In this document: piece after piece, positions 17,541 through 25,265 of the stretch | Layout: every line of letters starts with the position of its first letter | Position numbering within the stretch: position 1 is the stretch's first letter | Source of the DNA: a virus | Lineage: Duplodnaviria > Heunggongvirae > Uroviricota > Caudoviricetes | Strand: one strand, 5' to 3' | Length of the DNA: 29,815 nt | Virus record (IMG/VR): IMGVR_UViG_3300031088_000793 | Made by a program: the position numbers and the translations under genes | The notes under the pieces: model-generated | Told to the model about the DNA's origin: nothing | Seen by the model: the letters and a program-made list of their open reading frames with translations, nothing else | Databases searched by the model: none

Positions 17541-20015
17541 CTAGTCCCTGGGGACCACCTGACGGCGATCCAGAGGCGGGAAGAAGGTCTCTGCAGGACC
17601 CCGAGTGAACTTGCCGGGGTCACCGGAGCTCAGCGCACCCTCGGCCTGAGTGATCCTCCTGAAGAAGTCCGAGGGAAGGATCTCGAAGCCCCAGACCGTC
17701 TCGTAGATTCCTCGGAGCTCGCTGAGGGTGAAGCCACCAGCGGGCAGGAAGTCGAAGACGATGGGGGAGTACTCGAGCTTGGCACGGATTCGCTCCAGAG
17801 CATCCCGGAGGAGCACAGCGTGGTCGAAGGCAAGCTCCAGCTCTCCAAAGAGAGCCTCATCCACGGGGACGAAGCGAGCCTTGGCAGCATCGTCACCTGC
17901 GAGCACTGCTGGAGCCTCGGGGAGGAGCGCAGCGTAGAGCGTCGAGATGATGTAGCCCCGGCGATCCCTGCCCGGGTAGCCGTAGGTCCGGACCTGCTCG
18001 ATGTAGCCACCCTCTGAGAGGTTGACTCCGGTCTCTTCCTCGAGCTCTCGGAGCGCAGCACTGTCGATGGACTCTCCTGTGTCCACGAAGCCACCGGGGA
18101 GCGCCCACTTGCCGAGCTCGGGGTGATTACCCCGCTCGATGAGTAGAACCTGAAGCTTCCCGTCGAGGATGGTGAAGATGCTGAGATCCACCGTGGCTCC
18201 GACCGAGGGCCAGCGAGACTGGTCGTAGTGCTTGAGGAACTCTTCCTCGGTGAGTGCCGCCGTCCTATAGCTCTGCACAGCAGCGCTGAGCTCCTCACTT
18301 CGCTCCGCGGGGAGACCTTCCACGCTCCCCTCGTAGCTCTTCCCAAGGAGAAGCTCCTGAGCGAGCCTCTGCAGCTCAGAGCTGACAGCGCTTCGGAAGC
18401 CCACTGTCAGGGCATTCTTCATGACCTCGCCACTGATGAGCTTGCCTAGATCTGTGACCAGGGGAGGGGTTGGGTTTCTCCCGACGACATCCTCGATGAT
18501 GCTCTTGAGCTCATCGATGTCATCCTCGCCGAGGGGAATCGCTCGCTCACCGCGCTCTTCGAGGAGGAGCTCATAGCGCTCTGCGGGCGTCAGCGAAGCG
18601 AGCTTCTCATCCCTCGTGGGCTCGGGGTCCAGGGGATAGCTCTCAGCGAGCCTCCTAAGCTGAGCCTGATGGGCGTTGCCTTCCCGGCGGAGCTCCTCGT
18701 CGCTGGTGTGGGGAGCAAAGTTCGGCCAGGGCCGGTCGAGGAGGAGCACTGAGATCAGGTTGGCCACATCGTCGGCGGCCTCGATGGTCATCCACCAGTC
18801 AGGGCCCAGAGCTCGGGACTTTCGGATCAGGGGATCGGCTTCGGCCACGAGGTCCTGGAGGAGGATCTCGGAGATCTCAGCGTAGATGATTCCCTCTGCG
18901 ATGAGCGCCAGGGTAGCGATCTCCCGCTCGTCGGCGGGCTCACCGTCGTAGTCGTCGAGACCTCGAAGCTCATCTCCGAGGATCTGGTGGACATGGCCCG
19001 CGTGGAGGCCTGAGTGACCGTGGTCTCCGTGAACTTCCTCGACGGTGAAGTCCTCGATGGCCTCTGACTCGTCCTCTGCGGAGATCTCAGCGACTCCCCA
19101 CTCCCCCTCGTCGGATGTATCCGTGGGCTCATCCTCGGGGCTTAGATCGTCAGCTACGGTCCAGAGCTCCGGGTGCGCCTCCAGCTCAGCGTGGGTAGCG
19201 ATGACCTCGGGGTCGTTGACGACGAGCTCCTCAACATCCGTGAGCACTCGAGGTGCGTAGTCCTCGGGAAACTCCTCCTCGAGCTCTACGCTGAGGTCGC
19301 GCTCAGCGCTGTGGACCCGGCCCTCGATGAGCTCTCCGAGCTTCTGGACGAAGCTCTCCCGCTCGGCCTCGGTGATCGGGTAGTCGTCCTCTGCGGGCTC
19401 ACCGAGGAGCTCGCTCAGAGCCGAAGGGCCGAGGCTGTCGAGGTAGAAGTTGGTGGCAGCTTCCACCACTGCCGGATCTGACCAGCTGTAGCTCCGAGCG
19501 TCCTGGGCGAAGTCGGGGACGCTGCTGCCCACGAGCTCTGCGAGCTCATCGAGCTCTACCGAGGCGCCGATCTTATCCTCGATGGCCGACTGGAAGGACT
19601 CGAGCTCTTCCCGGCAGAGAGGCTGGGGATCCTCGCCATCGAGGTCACCGATTGCCATCTGCTCTTCGAGGGTCTCCTTGAGGCCGTAGATCGCAGCAGC
19701 CTCGGTGAGCTCAAAGTCTTCGATGTCGGGGTCCGCATCCTCATCCCGGGCTCCGAGGAGAAGGTCCCGGAGGATTTCGTCGAGCTTCAAGTAGACAGTG
19801 AAGGAGGCCCAGGCGTCCTTGGAGCCCCAGCCTGAGTACTCAAGTTCCTCGCTGTGATTCCGAACGAGGTCCAGAACTGGCTCCGCGAGCTCCAGGATAT
19901 CCCGGTAGAGCTCAGGGACTACTTCGGTTCCGAGGATGAGCTCCGAGAGCTGTCGGAGCTCTACTTCTTCTTGCTCAGAGAGCACGAGTGCTCCCTGCTG
20001 TTCTCCGTCTGTCAT
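17541..20015 (-). CDS. fusion: ~620-aa acidic helical region + NrtR-like Nudix (ADP-ribose pyrophosphatase) + eroded winged-HTH
   Basis: ATG at 20015 with AAGGA RBS. C-terminal TVDLSIF, VLLIER, WALPGGFV, Nudix box GESIDSAALRELEEETG, PGRD, LAFDH and FTLSELRGIYE match NrtR. The N-terminal part is very Glu/Asp-rich. Confidence 0.85.
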   Translation of the reverse strand: MTDGEQQGALVLSEQEEVELRQLSELILGTEVVPELYRDILELAEPVLDLVRNHSEELEYSGWGSKDAWASFTVYLKLDEILRDLLLGARDEDADPDIEDFELTEAAAIYGLKETLEEQMAIGDLDGEDPQPLCREELESFQSAIEDKIGASVELDELAELVGSSVPDFAQDARSYSWSDPAVVEAATNFYLDSLGPSALSELLGEPAEDDYPITEAERESFVQKLGELIEGRVHSAERDLSVELEEEFPEDYAPRVLTDVEELVVNDPEVIATHAELEAHPELWTVADDLSPEDEPTDTSDEGEWGVAEISAEDESEAIEDFTVEEVHGDHGHSGLHAGHVHQILGDELRGLDDYDGEPADEREIATLALIAEGIIYAEISEILLQDLVAEADPLIRKSRALGPDWWMTIEAADDVANLISVLLLDRPWPNFAPHTSDEELRREGNAHQAQLRRLAESYPLDPEPTRDEKLASLTPAERYELLLEERGERAIPLGEDDIDELKSIIEDVVGRNPTPPLVTDLGKLISGEVMKNALTVGFRSAVSSELQRLAQELLLGKSYEGSVEGLPAERSEELSAAVQSYRTAALTEEEFLKHYDQSRWPSVGATVDLSIFTILDGKLQVLLIERGNHPELGKWALPGGFVDTGESIDSAALRELEEETGVNLSEGGYIEQVRTYGYPGRDRRGYIISTLYAALLPEAPAVLAGDDAAKARFVPVDEALFGELELAFDHAVLLRDALERIRAKLEYSPIVFDFLPAGGFTLSELRGIYETVWGFEILPSDFFRRITQAEGALSSGDPGKFTRGPAETFFPPLDRRQVVPRD

Positions 20016-20065
20016 CTGCGGTTCCTTCCGCTCGGTGCTATGCTGGGTATGTTCTGGGGAAGCGC

Positions 20066-20266
20066 TCAAAAGGGTGGCCAGCTCCCTGCGCTTCGAAGCT
20101 TCCGATGCCACTCGCTGTGGACCTTCCTGCTCACAACTGAGCCTCCACAGCTCATGCAGGCGTAGATTTTCACAGGCTCTTCCGTCTTCGGGTTGATCTG
20201 AGGCACTGCCCGGTAGTGAGGGCTCGACTCATCCCAAGGGGATTCCGTCTCTTCTTCTGTAGCCAT
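20066..20266 (-). CDS. small CxxC...HxxWH zinc-finger-like protein
   Basis: Strong AAGGAGG RBS; CMSCGGSVVSRKVHSEWH. Confidence 0.8.
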   Translation of the reverse strand: MATEEETESPWDESSPHYRAVPQINPKTEEPVKIYACMSCGGSVVSRKVHSEWHRKLRSAGSWPPF

Positions 20267-20295
20267 CGGTGCCTCCTTCCTGTGGTTCTACGGTA

Positions 20296-20514
20296 CTAAC
20301 TATCAGCGCTGTCGCGCTCTGAGGCTCGATACTCACGAACAACTCGAAGGGACCTCAGCCCCACGATGAGGATGAGTAGCCCCGCAGCGTCGAGGATCAC
20401 AGCCAGGGCTATGATCAGCCCCCTCGGCTCTTGGGCAGAGGTCAGTGAGCCGACGGCCGGCCCGGCGAGCATGAGGAGGAAGCCCAGCGCTATGGCTAGG
20501 AGCGGTCTAAGCAT
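20296..20514 (-). CDS. 72-aa two-TM membrane protein
   Basis: GGAGG RBS; two hydrophobic helices and a charged tail. Confidence 0.8.
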   Translation of the reverse strand: MLRPLLAIALGFLLMLAGPAVGSLTSAQEPRGLIIALAVILDAAGLLILIVGLRSLRVVREYRASERDSADS

Positions 20515-20532
20515 GATGCCTCCAGAATTTCG

Positions 20533-20541
20533 ATGCTATCA
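20533..20541 (-). promoter_or_regulatory. extended -10 promoter (TGA-TAGCAT)
   Basis: TGn-TANNNT upstream of the RBS of 20296-20514. Confidence 0.55.
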
Positions 20542-20552
20542 CGGATCTCAGC

Positions 20553-20771
20553 TCAGCGGCGCGCTTTTATGCGGTCTCGGAGAGCCCTGTAGACTCCGCC
20601 GACGCCGAAGATAAGGAGTACGATGGCCGTCACTCGGATCGGGAAGGACAGTGCGCCGAGGATCCAGCTGTAGTTCTGACTGTCTGCGGGGTTGTTCACC
20701 ACGAGCACCAGATAGCACGCGAGGGCCAGAACTACGATCCCCGCAGCGAGCTGAATCAGCGACTTCCTCAT
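20553..20771 (-). CDS. 72-aa two-TM membrane protein
   Basis: Two hydrophobic helices and a basic tail; AGGA RBS. Confidence 0.8.
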   Translation of the reverse strand: MRKSLIQLAAGIVVLALACYLVLVVNNPADSQNYSWILGALSFPIRVTAIVLLIFGVGGVYRALRDRIKARR

Positions 20772-20786
20772 GGAGTTCCTATCGGC

Positions 20787-21005
20787 TCAGTTCGCAGCCT
20801 CGAGCCGAGCCTCTCGAGCATTGACGGCAAGAAGCGTCCGGTCGATGCCCACAGCTGAGATCACTGCGCCGCCGATCACGGTGAAGAGAGCCACCACTGG
20901 GCTCTCGACAGAGCCGAAGGTTCCGGCGGGTAGGCCGTGGACCAGGGGTCCGAGGAGGAAGGTCAGCAGGAAGCCGCTGATCATCACGGTGAGGGGAATA
21001 CGCAT
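20787..21005 (-). CDS. 72-aa two-TM membrane protein
   Basis: Two hydrophobic helices; AAGGA RBS. Confidence 0.8.
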   Translation of the reverse strand: MRIPLTVMISGFLLTFLLGPLVHGLPAGTFGSVESPVVALFTVIGGAVISAVGIDRTLLAVNAREARLEAAN

Positions 21006-21032
21006 AGCTCAGTCCTTAGTCTCGATGGTGAC

Positions 21033-21647
21033 TCAAGGATACGCTATCGACACTCCCTCTCGGGGGAAGTCCACCGTGAAGGCCTTAGCGACTAGCTCTG
21101 CGCTGATCCCCTCTGTGTAGTTTAGGAGGACCTGAGTCCTGAAGCCCTCCCGGGCTGCATCGATGGCAGTTGAGGCCACACAGTAGTCTGCCGCCAGCCC
21201 CACCACATCCACGGAGCCCACGCCAGCTTCCCGCAGGATGTCAGCGAGCTTCACTCCGTAGTCGTTGCGGCCCATGAAGCCGCTGTAGGCGTCCTCGTAC
21301 TGGCCCTTGAGCACGATCTCCTGGTTCACATTGAGCTTGCTCAGCGCCTCTGTGACTCCGGGGAGGATCTCAGCACCGGGAGTGTCGGCCACGCAGTGCC
21401 GGGGCCAGCTATCGACGAAGTTGGGAGTCTCGGAGAAGTGCTTTCCTGGATCCACATGCCAGTCCTGAGTGGTGACGATGAGATCGTAGGGATGGGGCTC
21501 GACGAGGAGCTCAGTGGCGATGCGCTCAGCGAGGGCTCGGCCACCCTCAACAGCGAGGCTGCCGCCCTCCACGAAGTCTCCCTGGACATCCACGATGATC
21601 AGTGCCTTGCTCAGATCGGCCATGGGCTCTACGCTGTGCTTCCACAT
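21033..21647 (-). CDS. pncA: nicotinamidase/pyrazinamidase
   Basis: IIVDVQGDF (catalytic Asp), TQDWH, HFS, WPRHC, Lys in VLKG, and GLAADYCV (catalytic Cys). ATG at 21647 lies 1 nt after the upstream stop, with an AAGGAAG RBS; alternative start 21623. Confidence 0.93.
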   Translation of the reverse strand: MWKHSVEPMADLSKALIIVDVQGDFVEGGSLAVEGGRALAERIATELLVEPHPYDLIVTTQDWHVDPGKHFSETPNFVDSWPRHCVADTPGAEILPGVTEALSKLNVNQEIVLKGQYEDAYSGFMGRNDYGVKLADILREAGVGSVDVVGLAADYCVASTAIDAAREGFRTQVLLNYTEGISAELVAKAFTVDFPREGVSIAYP

Positions 21648-21648
21648 G

Positions 21649-22467
21649 TCAGTTAGCTTCCTTCTCGGTGGTGATGGTGCGCTCTGAGGTTCGACTATTC
21701 GCCTCGGGGAAGTGGATCCACTCTTCCTCTTCCTCATCGCTCTCTGCGACCCGGATGAACCAGGGAGCGGTGGCTGAGAGGAGCGCTTCGAGCTCTTCCC
21801 GGGAGATCAGCCTCTGATCCTTTCCGCCCTCGACGCCCCGATAGCGGATCTGCTCGTAGCCCTCGTTGCTGACGAACCAGCCACCGATGGAGAGCGGTGC
21901 GCCTGTGTCCCGATTGTCCGGGTGGTCCGGAGTGTTGTAGAAGCTGTTGGTGATGTCCCAGTTCAGGGTCAGCCCCGGAACCTTCGGAGGAGTGCGGCCC
22001 ATGCGCTTGTCGAAGTTCAGGTCGCTCCAGTTCGCCGTGTGCTTCATTGTCCAGCCGCTCCTGGCACCCTCGAGGAAGAGAGGCCAGTGTCTGAGGAGCT
22101 CCTCCTGGACGGTGGGCTCTTCCTGAGCCGCCCAGGCGCCGAAGTGCTCATTGAGCTCGGGGAGCGGCTCTCGGAGCCAGCCGCGAACCTGCTCCAGATT
22201 CCAGTATGTTCCCATGGGAACGCCGGAGTGCTGCTCAGGGATGTAGGCCCGGGGCTCATCCTCGCCGCGCTGCAGGGTGAGCACCACGGAGCTCAGCTCC
22301 TCAGAGTTGGCCCGGCGCTTGGTGAGCCAGATTGCCCAGTCGATGGGGCTGACGAAGTCTGAGCCCAGGTAGTAGAACCCCAGCTCGACCTCGCTGAGCC
22401 CCAGGGAGATCCCCTCCTTGGCGAGCTCGAGGAAGGCCTCGGGGATGTCGTTCTCGATGGTTCTCAC
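21649..22467 (-). CDS. Trp-rich hypothetical protein (272 aa)
   Basis: GTGA overlap with the upstream gene; no motif recognised. Confidence 0.85.
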   Translation of the reverse strand: MRTIENDIPEAFLELAKEGISLGLSEVELGFYYLGSDFVSPIDWAIWLTKRRANSEELSSVVLTLQRGEDEPRAYIPEQHSGVPMGTYWNLEQVRGWLREPLPELNEHFGAWAAQEEPTVQEELLRHWPLFLEGARSGWTMKHTANWSDLNFDKRMGRTPPKVPGLTLNWDITNSFYNTPDHPDNRDTGAPLSIGGWFVSNEGYEQIRYRGVEGGKDQRLISREELEALLSATAPWFIRVAESDEEEEEWIHFPEANSRTSERTITTEKEAN

Positions 22468-22739
22468 TGGCTCTTGCTCTCTGTCGGTTCGGTGGTCGCA
22501 GCGAATAGTGCGGCCCTGACCCCATCGATGAGCATGTCATCGGAATCTAGTCCGTCTAGCTCGGCATGGTCGATGATGCTCCGAGCTGCGAGGGGCGTAC
22601 TGAGGTCTACCTTTGAACAGCTCACCTCCCGGATGATCAGGTAGTCGAAGGGTGGCTCGTAAGCCTCGGGAGTGTCAATGCCGATCTCTGTCTCCAGCTC
22701 GACGGTGACCTCCAGGGTGATCTTTGCGAAGCGGCTCAC
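22464..22739 (-). CDS. small acidic hypothetical protein (91 aa)
   Basis: GTG start with AAAGGA RBS. Confidence 0.8.
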   Translation of the reverse strand: MSRFAKITLEVTVELETEIGIDTPEAYEPPFDYLIIREVSCSKVDLSTPLAARSIIDHAELDGLDSDDMLIDGVRAALFAATTEPTESKSQ

Positions 22740-22757
22740 TGTGCTTTTCCTTTCAGC

Positions 22758-23048
22758 CTACGGGAGGATGGTCTCGGGCTCACCCTGGATACGATCTGCC
22801 GTGGCCTGCTGGGCCTCGGTGAGATCCTGGGCTCGAGCGCCGCTCGTGAGCGCCCACCAGAGCGTCCCATCCATGGGACAGTCGCCACAGGTCCGGGGCG
22901 AGATGATGCCGAAGTGACCCATCCGTGGAGGATAGTCCCAGCCAGAGTCGAAGGCCTCGCTGGGAAGGAGCACCTCGTCCTTGCCGCAGATCTCGCAGAT
23001 GTGGCGGAGGGCCCTCTCCCCGGAGGTTCGGTCGGGTGCGATGCTCAC
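22758..23048 (-). CDS. zinc-ribbon-like protein (HICxxCG...GWDYPP...CxxC...WW)
   Basis: CEIC and CGDC pairs around GWDYPPRMG. GTG start at 23048 with GAGGA RBS, overlapping the upstream TAG by 1 nt. Confidence 0.75.
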   Translation of the reverse strand: MSIAPDRTSGERALRHICEICGKDEVLLPSEAFDSGWDYPPRMGHFGIISPRTCGDCPMDGTLWWALTSGARAQDLTEAQQATADRIQGEPETILP

Positions 23049-23188
23049 TAGCCAGCCATCCTCGACGCGTAGATCGAGACACCGGCGAGCACATCCGCGG
23101 ACTTCTCCGTGGTGGTGGGATCGTACTGAGCCTTCCGGGCGAGCCTGTCGAGCTCGCGCCATTCAGCTGCTGTCAGCCTTTCAGCCAT
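23048..23188 (-). CDS. 46-aa microprotein MAERLTAAEWRELDRLARKAQYDPTTTEKSADVLAGVSIYASRMAG (absent from the ORF track)
   Basis: Strong GAGGAG RBS before the ATG at 23188; the TAG overlaps the next GTG; fills the gap after pncB. Confidence 0.65.
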   Translation of the reverse strand: MAERLTAAEWRELDRLARKAQYDPTTTEKSADVLAGVSIYASRMAG

Positions 23189-23228
23189 GGGATTCTCCTC
23201 TGTCAGTGATGCGGTCTAAGATTGAGGC

Positions 23229-24605
23229 TCAGGCGCTGTAGCCCTGAGCCTCAAGGAAGGTATCGCCAGCGACCACCGAGAGCGCCTCAGCGGGAAGCAT
23301 CTCGATCTGACGCTGAAGCGTCTCCCGGCTGCGCTCGAGACCGGAGCGGAAGCTGAGGCCCTTATCGCCCTGGTAGAGCACTCGCTGCGGGTCGGCCATC
23401 CGGGACTGAGCGAACTCCTCGATGAGCTCAGGCTCACCTGCTGCCCGGTCGAAGAGGGTCTCAGCAGTGAGCTTGCCCTCCTGGTCGAAGAAGCGACGGA
23501 CGGTCTTCCTGCTTCCCAGGGACTTCTTGCCAGCCGCACGCTTGGCCACGGGGACCATGGTGCCATCGGCAGCCTCGCGCTCGACGAGCTTGTAGACCAT
23601 GCCGCAGGTCGGGTGACCCGAGCCGGTGGCCACTCGCGTGCCCGCTCCAGCACCGTCCACGGGAGTGCCGCGCTCGACCATGTTGCTGAGGCTGTACTCG
23701 TCGATGTCACTGGAGAGGATGATCCGGGTCGAGGTGGCACCCAGGGAGTCCAGGAGCTGGCGGGCCTTCACCGTCTCCTCGTGGAGGTCACCGGAGTCGA
23801 TGCGGATGGCTCCGAGCTCGGTACCTGCCACCTCGACGGCGTTGCGGATGCCCTGCTCGATGTCGTAGGTGTCCACGAGGAGCGTGGTACCAGCGCCGAG
23901 GCTGTTGACCTGCGCCTGGAAGGCATCGCGCTCGTCCTCGAAGGACAGGGTGAAGGCGTGGGCTGCGGTGCCAGTGACGGGGATCTCGTAGCGGTAGGCG
24001 GCCTCGATGTTGGAGGTGGCGGCGAAGCCAGCGATGTAGGCAGCGCGAGCGACGGCCACGGCCGAGCTCTCGTGAGTCCGGCGGGAGCCCATCTCGATGA
24101 GAGGGAACTTGCCAGCAGCTGCCTGCACCATGCGAGAGGCTGCACCGGCGATGGCAGAGTCGTGGTTGTAGATCGAGAGAAGCACGGTCTCGAGGAGCAC
24201 GCACTCGAGGAAGCTTCCCTCGACTCGAAGGATGGGGCTGTAGGGGAAGTAGAGCGAGCCCTCCTCGTAGCCGGTCAGGGTGCCGGTGAAGCGGAAGTCG
24301 GCGAGGCGGTCGATGAGCTCATCGCTGATGGCGGGGTGCTGTGCGAGGTAGTTGAGCTGGTACTCGCCGAAGTGGAAGTTCTCCACGGCATCCAGCGCTC
24401 GGTCGACACCCGCGACGACGCCGTAGCGGCGGCCCGTGGGGAGCTTCCGAGCGAAGAGCTCGAAGGTCGTGCGCTGGTCGGCAGTTCCGGCCTGGAGGGC
24501 GGCGGAGGCCATGGTCATCTCGTAGAAGTCCGTCCTGAAGGCGGAGCTCTGGAGATCCTCGAGCTCGCTAAAGGCGTACTCGGCATTGGGGTCAGATATG
24601 CTCAT
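23229..24605 (-). CDS. pncB: nicotinate phosphoribosyltransferase
   Basis: TDFYEMTM, FELFAR, EMGSRRTH, GTAAHAF (phospho-His motif), LLVDTYD, IRIDSGDL and MVYKLVE; actinobacterial PncB type. Confidence 0.93.
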   Translation of the reverse strand: MSISDPNAEYAFSELEDLQSSAFRTDFYEMTMASAALQAGTADQRTTFELFARKLPTGRRYGVVAGVDRALDAVENFHFGEYQLNYLAQHPAISDELIDRLADFRFTGTLTGYEEGSLYFPYSPILRVEGSFLECVLLETVLLSIYNHDSAIAGAASRMVQAAAGKFPLIEMGSRRTHESSAVAVARAAYIAGFAATSNIEAAYRYEIPVTGTAAHAFTLSFEDERDAFQAQVNSLGAGTTLLVDTYDIEQGIRNAVEVAGTELGAIRIDSGDLHEETVKARQLLDSLGATSTRIILSSDIDEYSLSNMVERGTPVDGAGAGTRVATGSGHPTCGMVYKLVEREAADGTMVPVAKRAAGKKSLGSRKTVRRFFDQEGKLTAETLFDRAAGEPELIEEFAQSRMADPQRVLYQGDKGLSFRSGLERSRETLQRQIEMLPAEALSVVAGDTFLEAQGYSA

Positions 24606-24611
24606 GGTTCC

Positions 24612-24617
24612 ATCCTA
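24612..24617 (-). promoter_or_regulatory. -10 box TAGGAT (leaderless pncB)
   Basis: TANNNT exactly 6 nt before the ATG at 24605; no RBS. Confidence 0.55.
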
Positions 24618-24640
24618 CGCCATAGCTGCGGAAAACACAA

Positions 24641-24679
24641 TCGGGCGGGATCCACCGTTTCCAGTGGATGCCCGCCCGA
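24641..24679 (-). terminator. intergenic hairpin
   Basis: TCGGGCGGGATCCAC / GTGGATGCCCGCCCGA, 15-bp stem with one bulge. Confidence 0.6.
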
Positions 24680-24701
24680 CCTCTAGCTACAGCTGCCTAA
24701 G

Positions 24702-25238
24702 CTACGCAGTAGCAGCCGCAGACGCTCGAGACTTAGCGTTTCTGTACTCATTCACATAGCCTTCGTCCTCATAGGAGCCGTTCATCTCGTCTAGGGCTTC
24801 TAGGGCATCCTCCAGGTTGCCATAGACTCCCTGATCCGAGCCATCGGCATCGGTGAGGTCCCAGGTACCGTTACCTGTGGAGCTAGCGAGGAGTATCTCA
24901 CCCTGGGGTCCGACGAGGTGGGGTCCGTTGTCTCCGTCCTCGAAGTCGCCGACCTTGCGCCAGCCCTCCATGGGCGGCACATTGTCCACGATGATCGCAG
25001 CAGGAGTGTCCTGGAGCCGAGGAACTCCAGGAGTTGCCTCCCTGCTCACACCTGAGAGCCCACTGTTGGCGGAGCTGTCCTCGAGGACCTGCTCAGCGAA
25101 GCGTCGAGCCTCCGTAGCGTCAGAGAACTCGCCGTGGGGAGCGCCATCCCCATCGACTCCCTTGGCTGTGCAGCTCTCCGGGGACTGTGCTGTGCAGATT
25201 CGAGGAGTTCCATCCTCTGAGACATGGTATCTTGCCAT
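24702..25238 (-). CDS. H-C-C-H N-terminal module protein A (178 aa)
   Basis: MARYHVSEDGTPRICTAQSPESC...HG; AAGGAG RBS; acidic C-terminal domain. Confidence 0.85.
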   Translation of the reverse strand: MARYHVSEDGTPRICTAQSPESCTAKGVDGDGAPHGEFSDATEARRFAEQVLEDSSANSGLSGVSREATPGVPRLQDTPAAIIVDNVPPMEGWRKVGDFEDGDNGPHLVGPQGEILLASSTGNGTWDLTDADGSDQGVYGNLEDALEALDEMNGSYEDEGYVNEYRNAKSRASAAATA

Positions 25239-25265
25239 TGTGCTATGCTCCTTAGTTAGCTAGGC

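Noticed and set aside
20016-20111. Longer start (20111) for the Nudix fusion
   Set aside because: It overlaps the well-supported 20066-20266 gene; the ATG at 20015 has an AAGGA RBS.
23049-23162. N-terminal extension of the 134-aa ORF 22758-23162
   Set aside because: The space is better explained by a 46-aa ORF with a strong RBS whose stop overlaps the GTG at 23048.
256-24686. Long plus-strand ORFs (256-1023, 3634-4596, 7603-8613, 14195-14998, 15568-16467, 23613-24686 and others)
   Set aside because: Each lies antisense to a well-supported minus-strand gene, has no RBS or motif, and is the expected shadow of high-GC codon usage.
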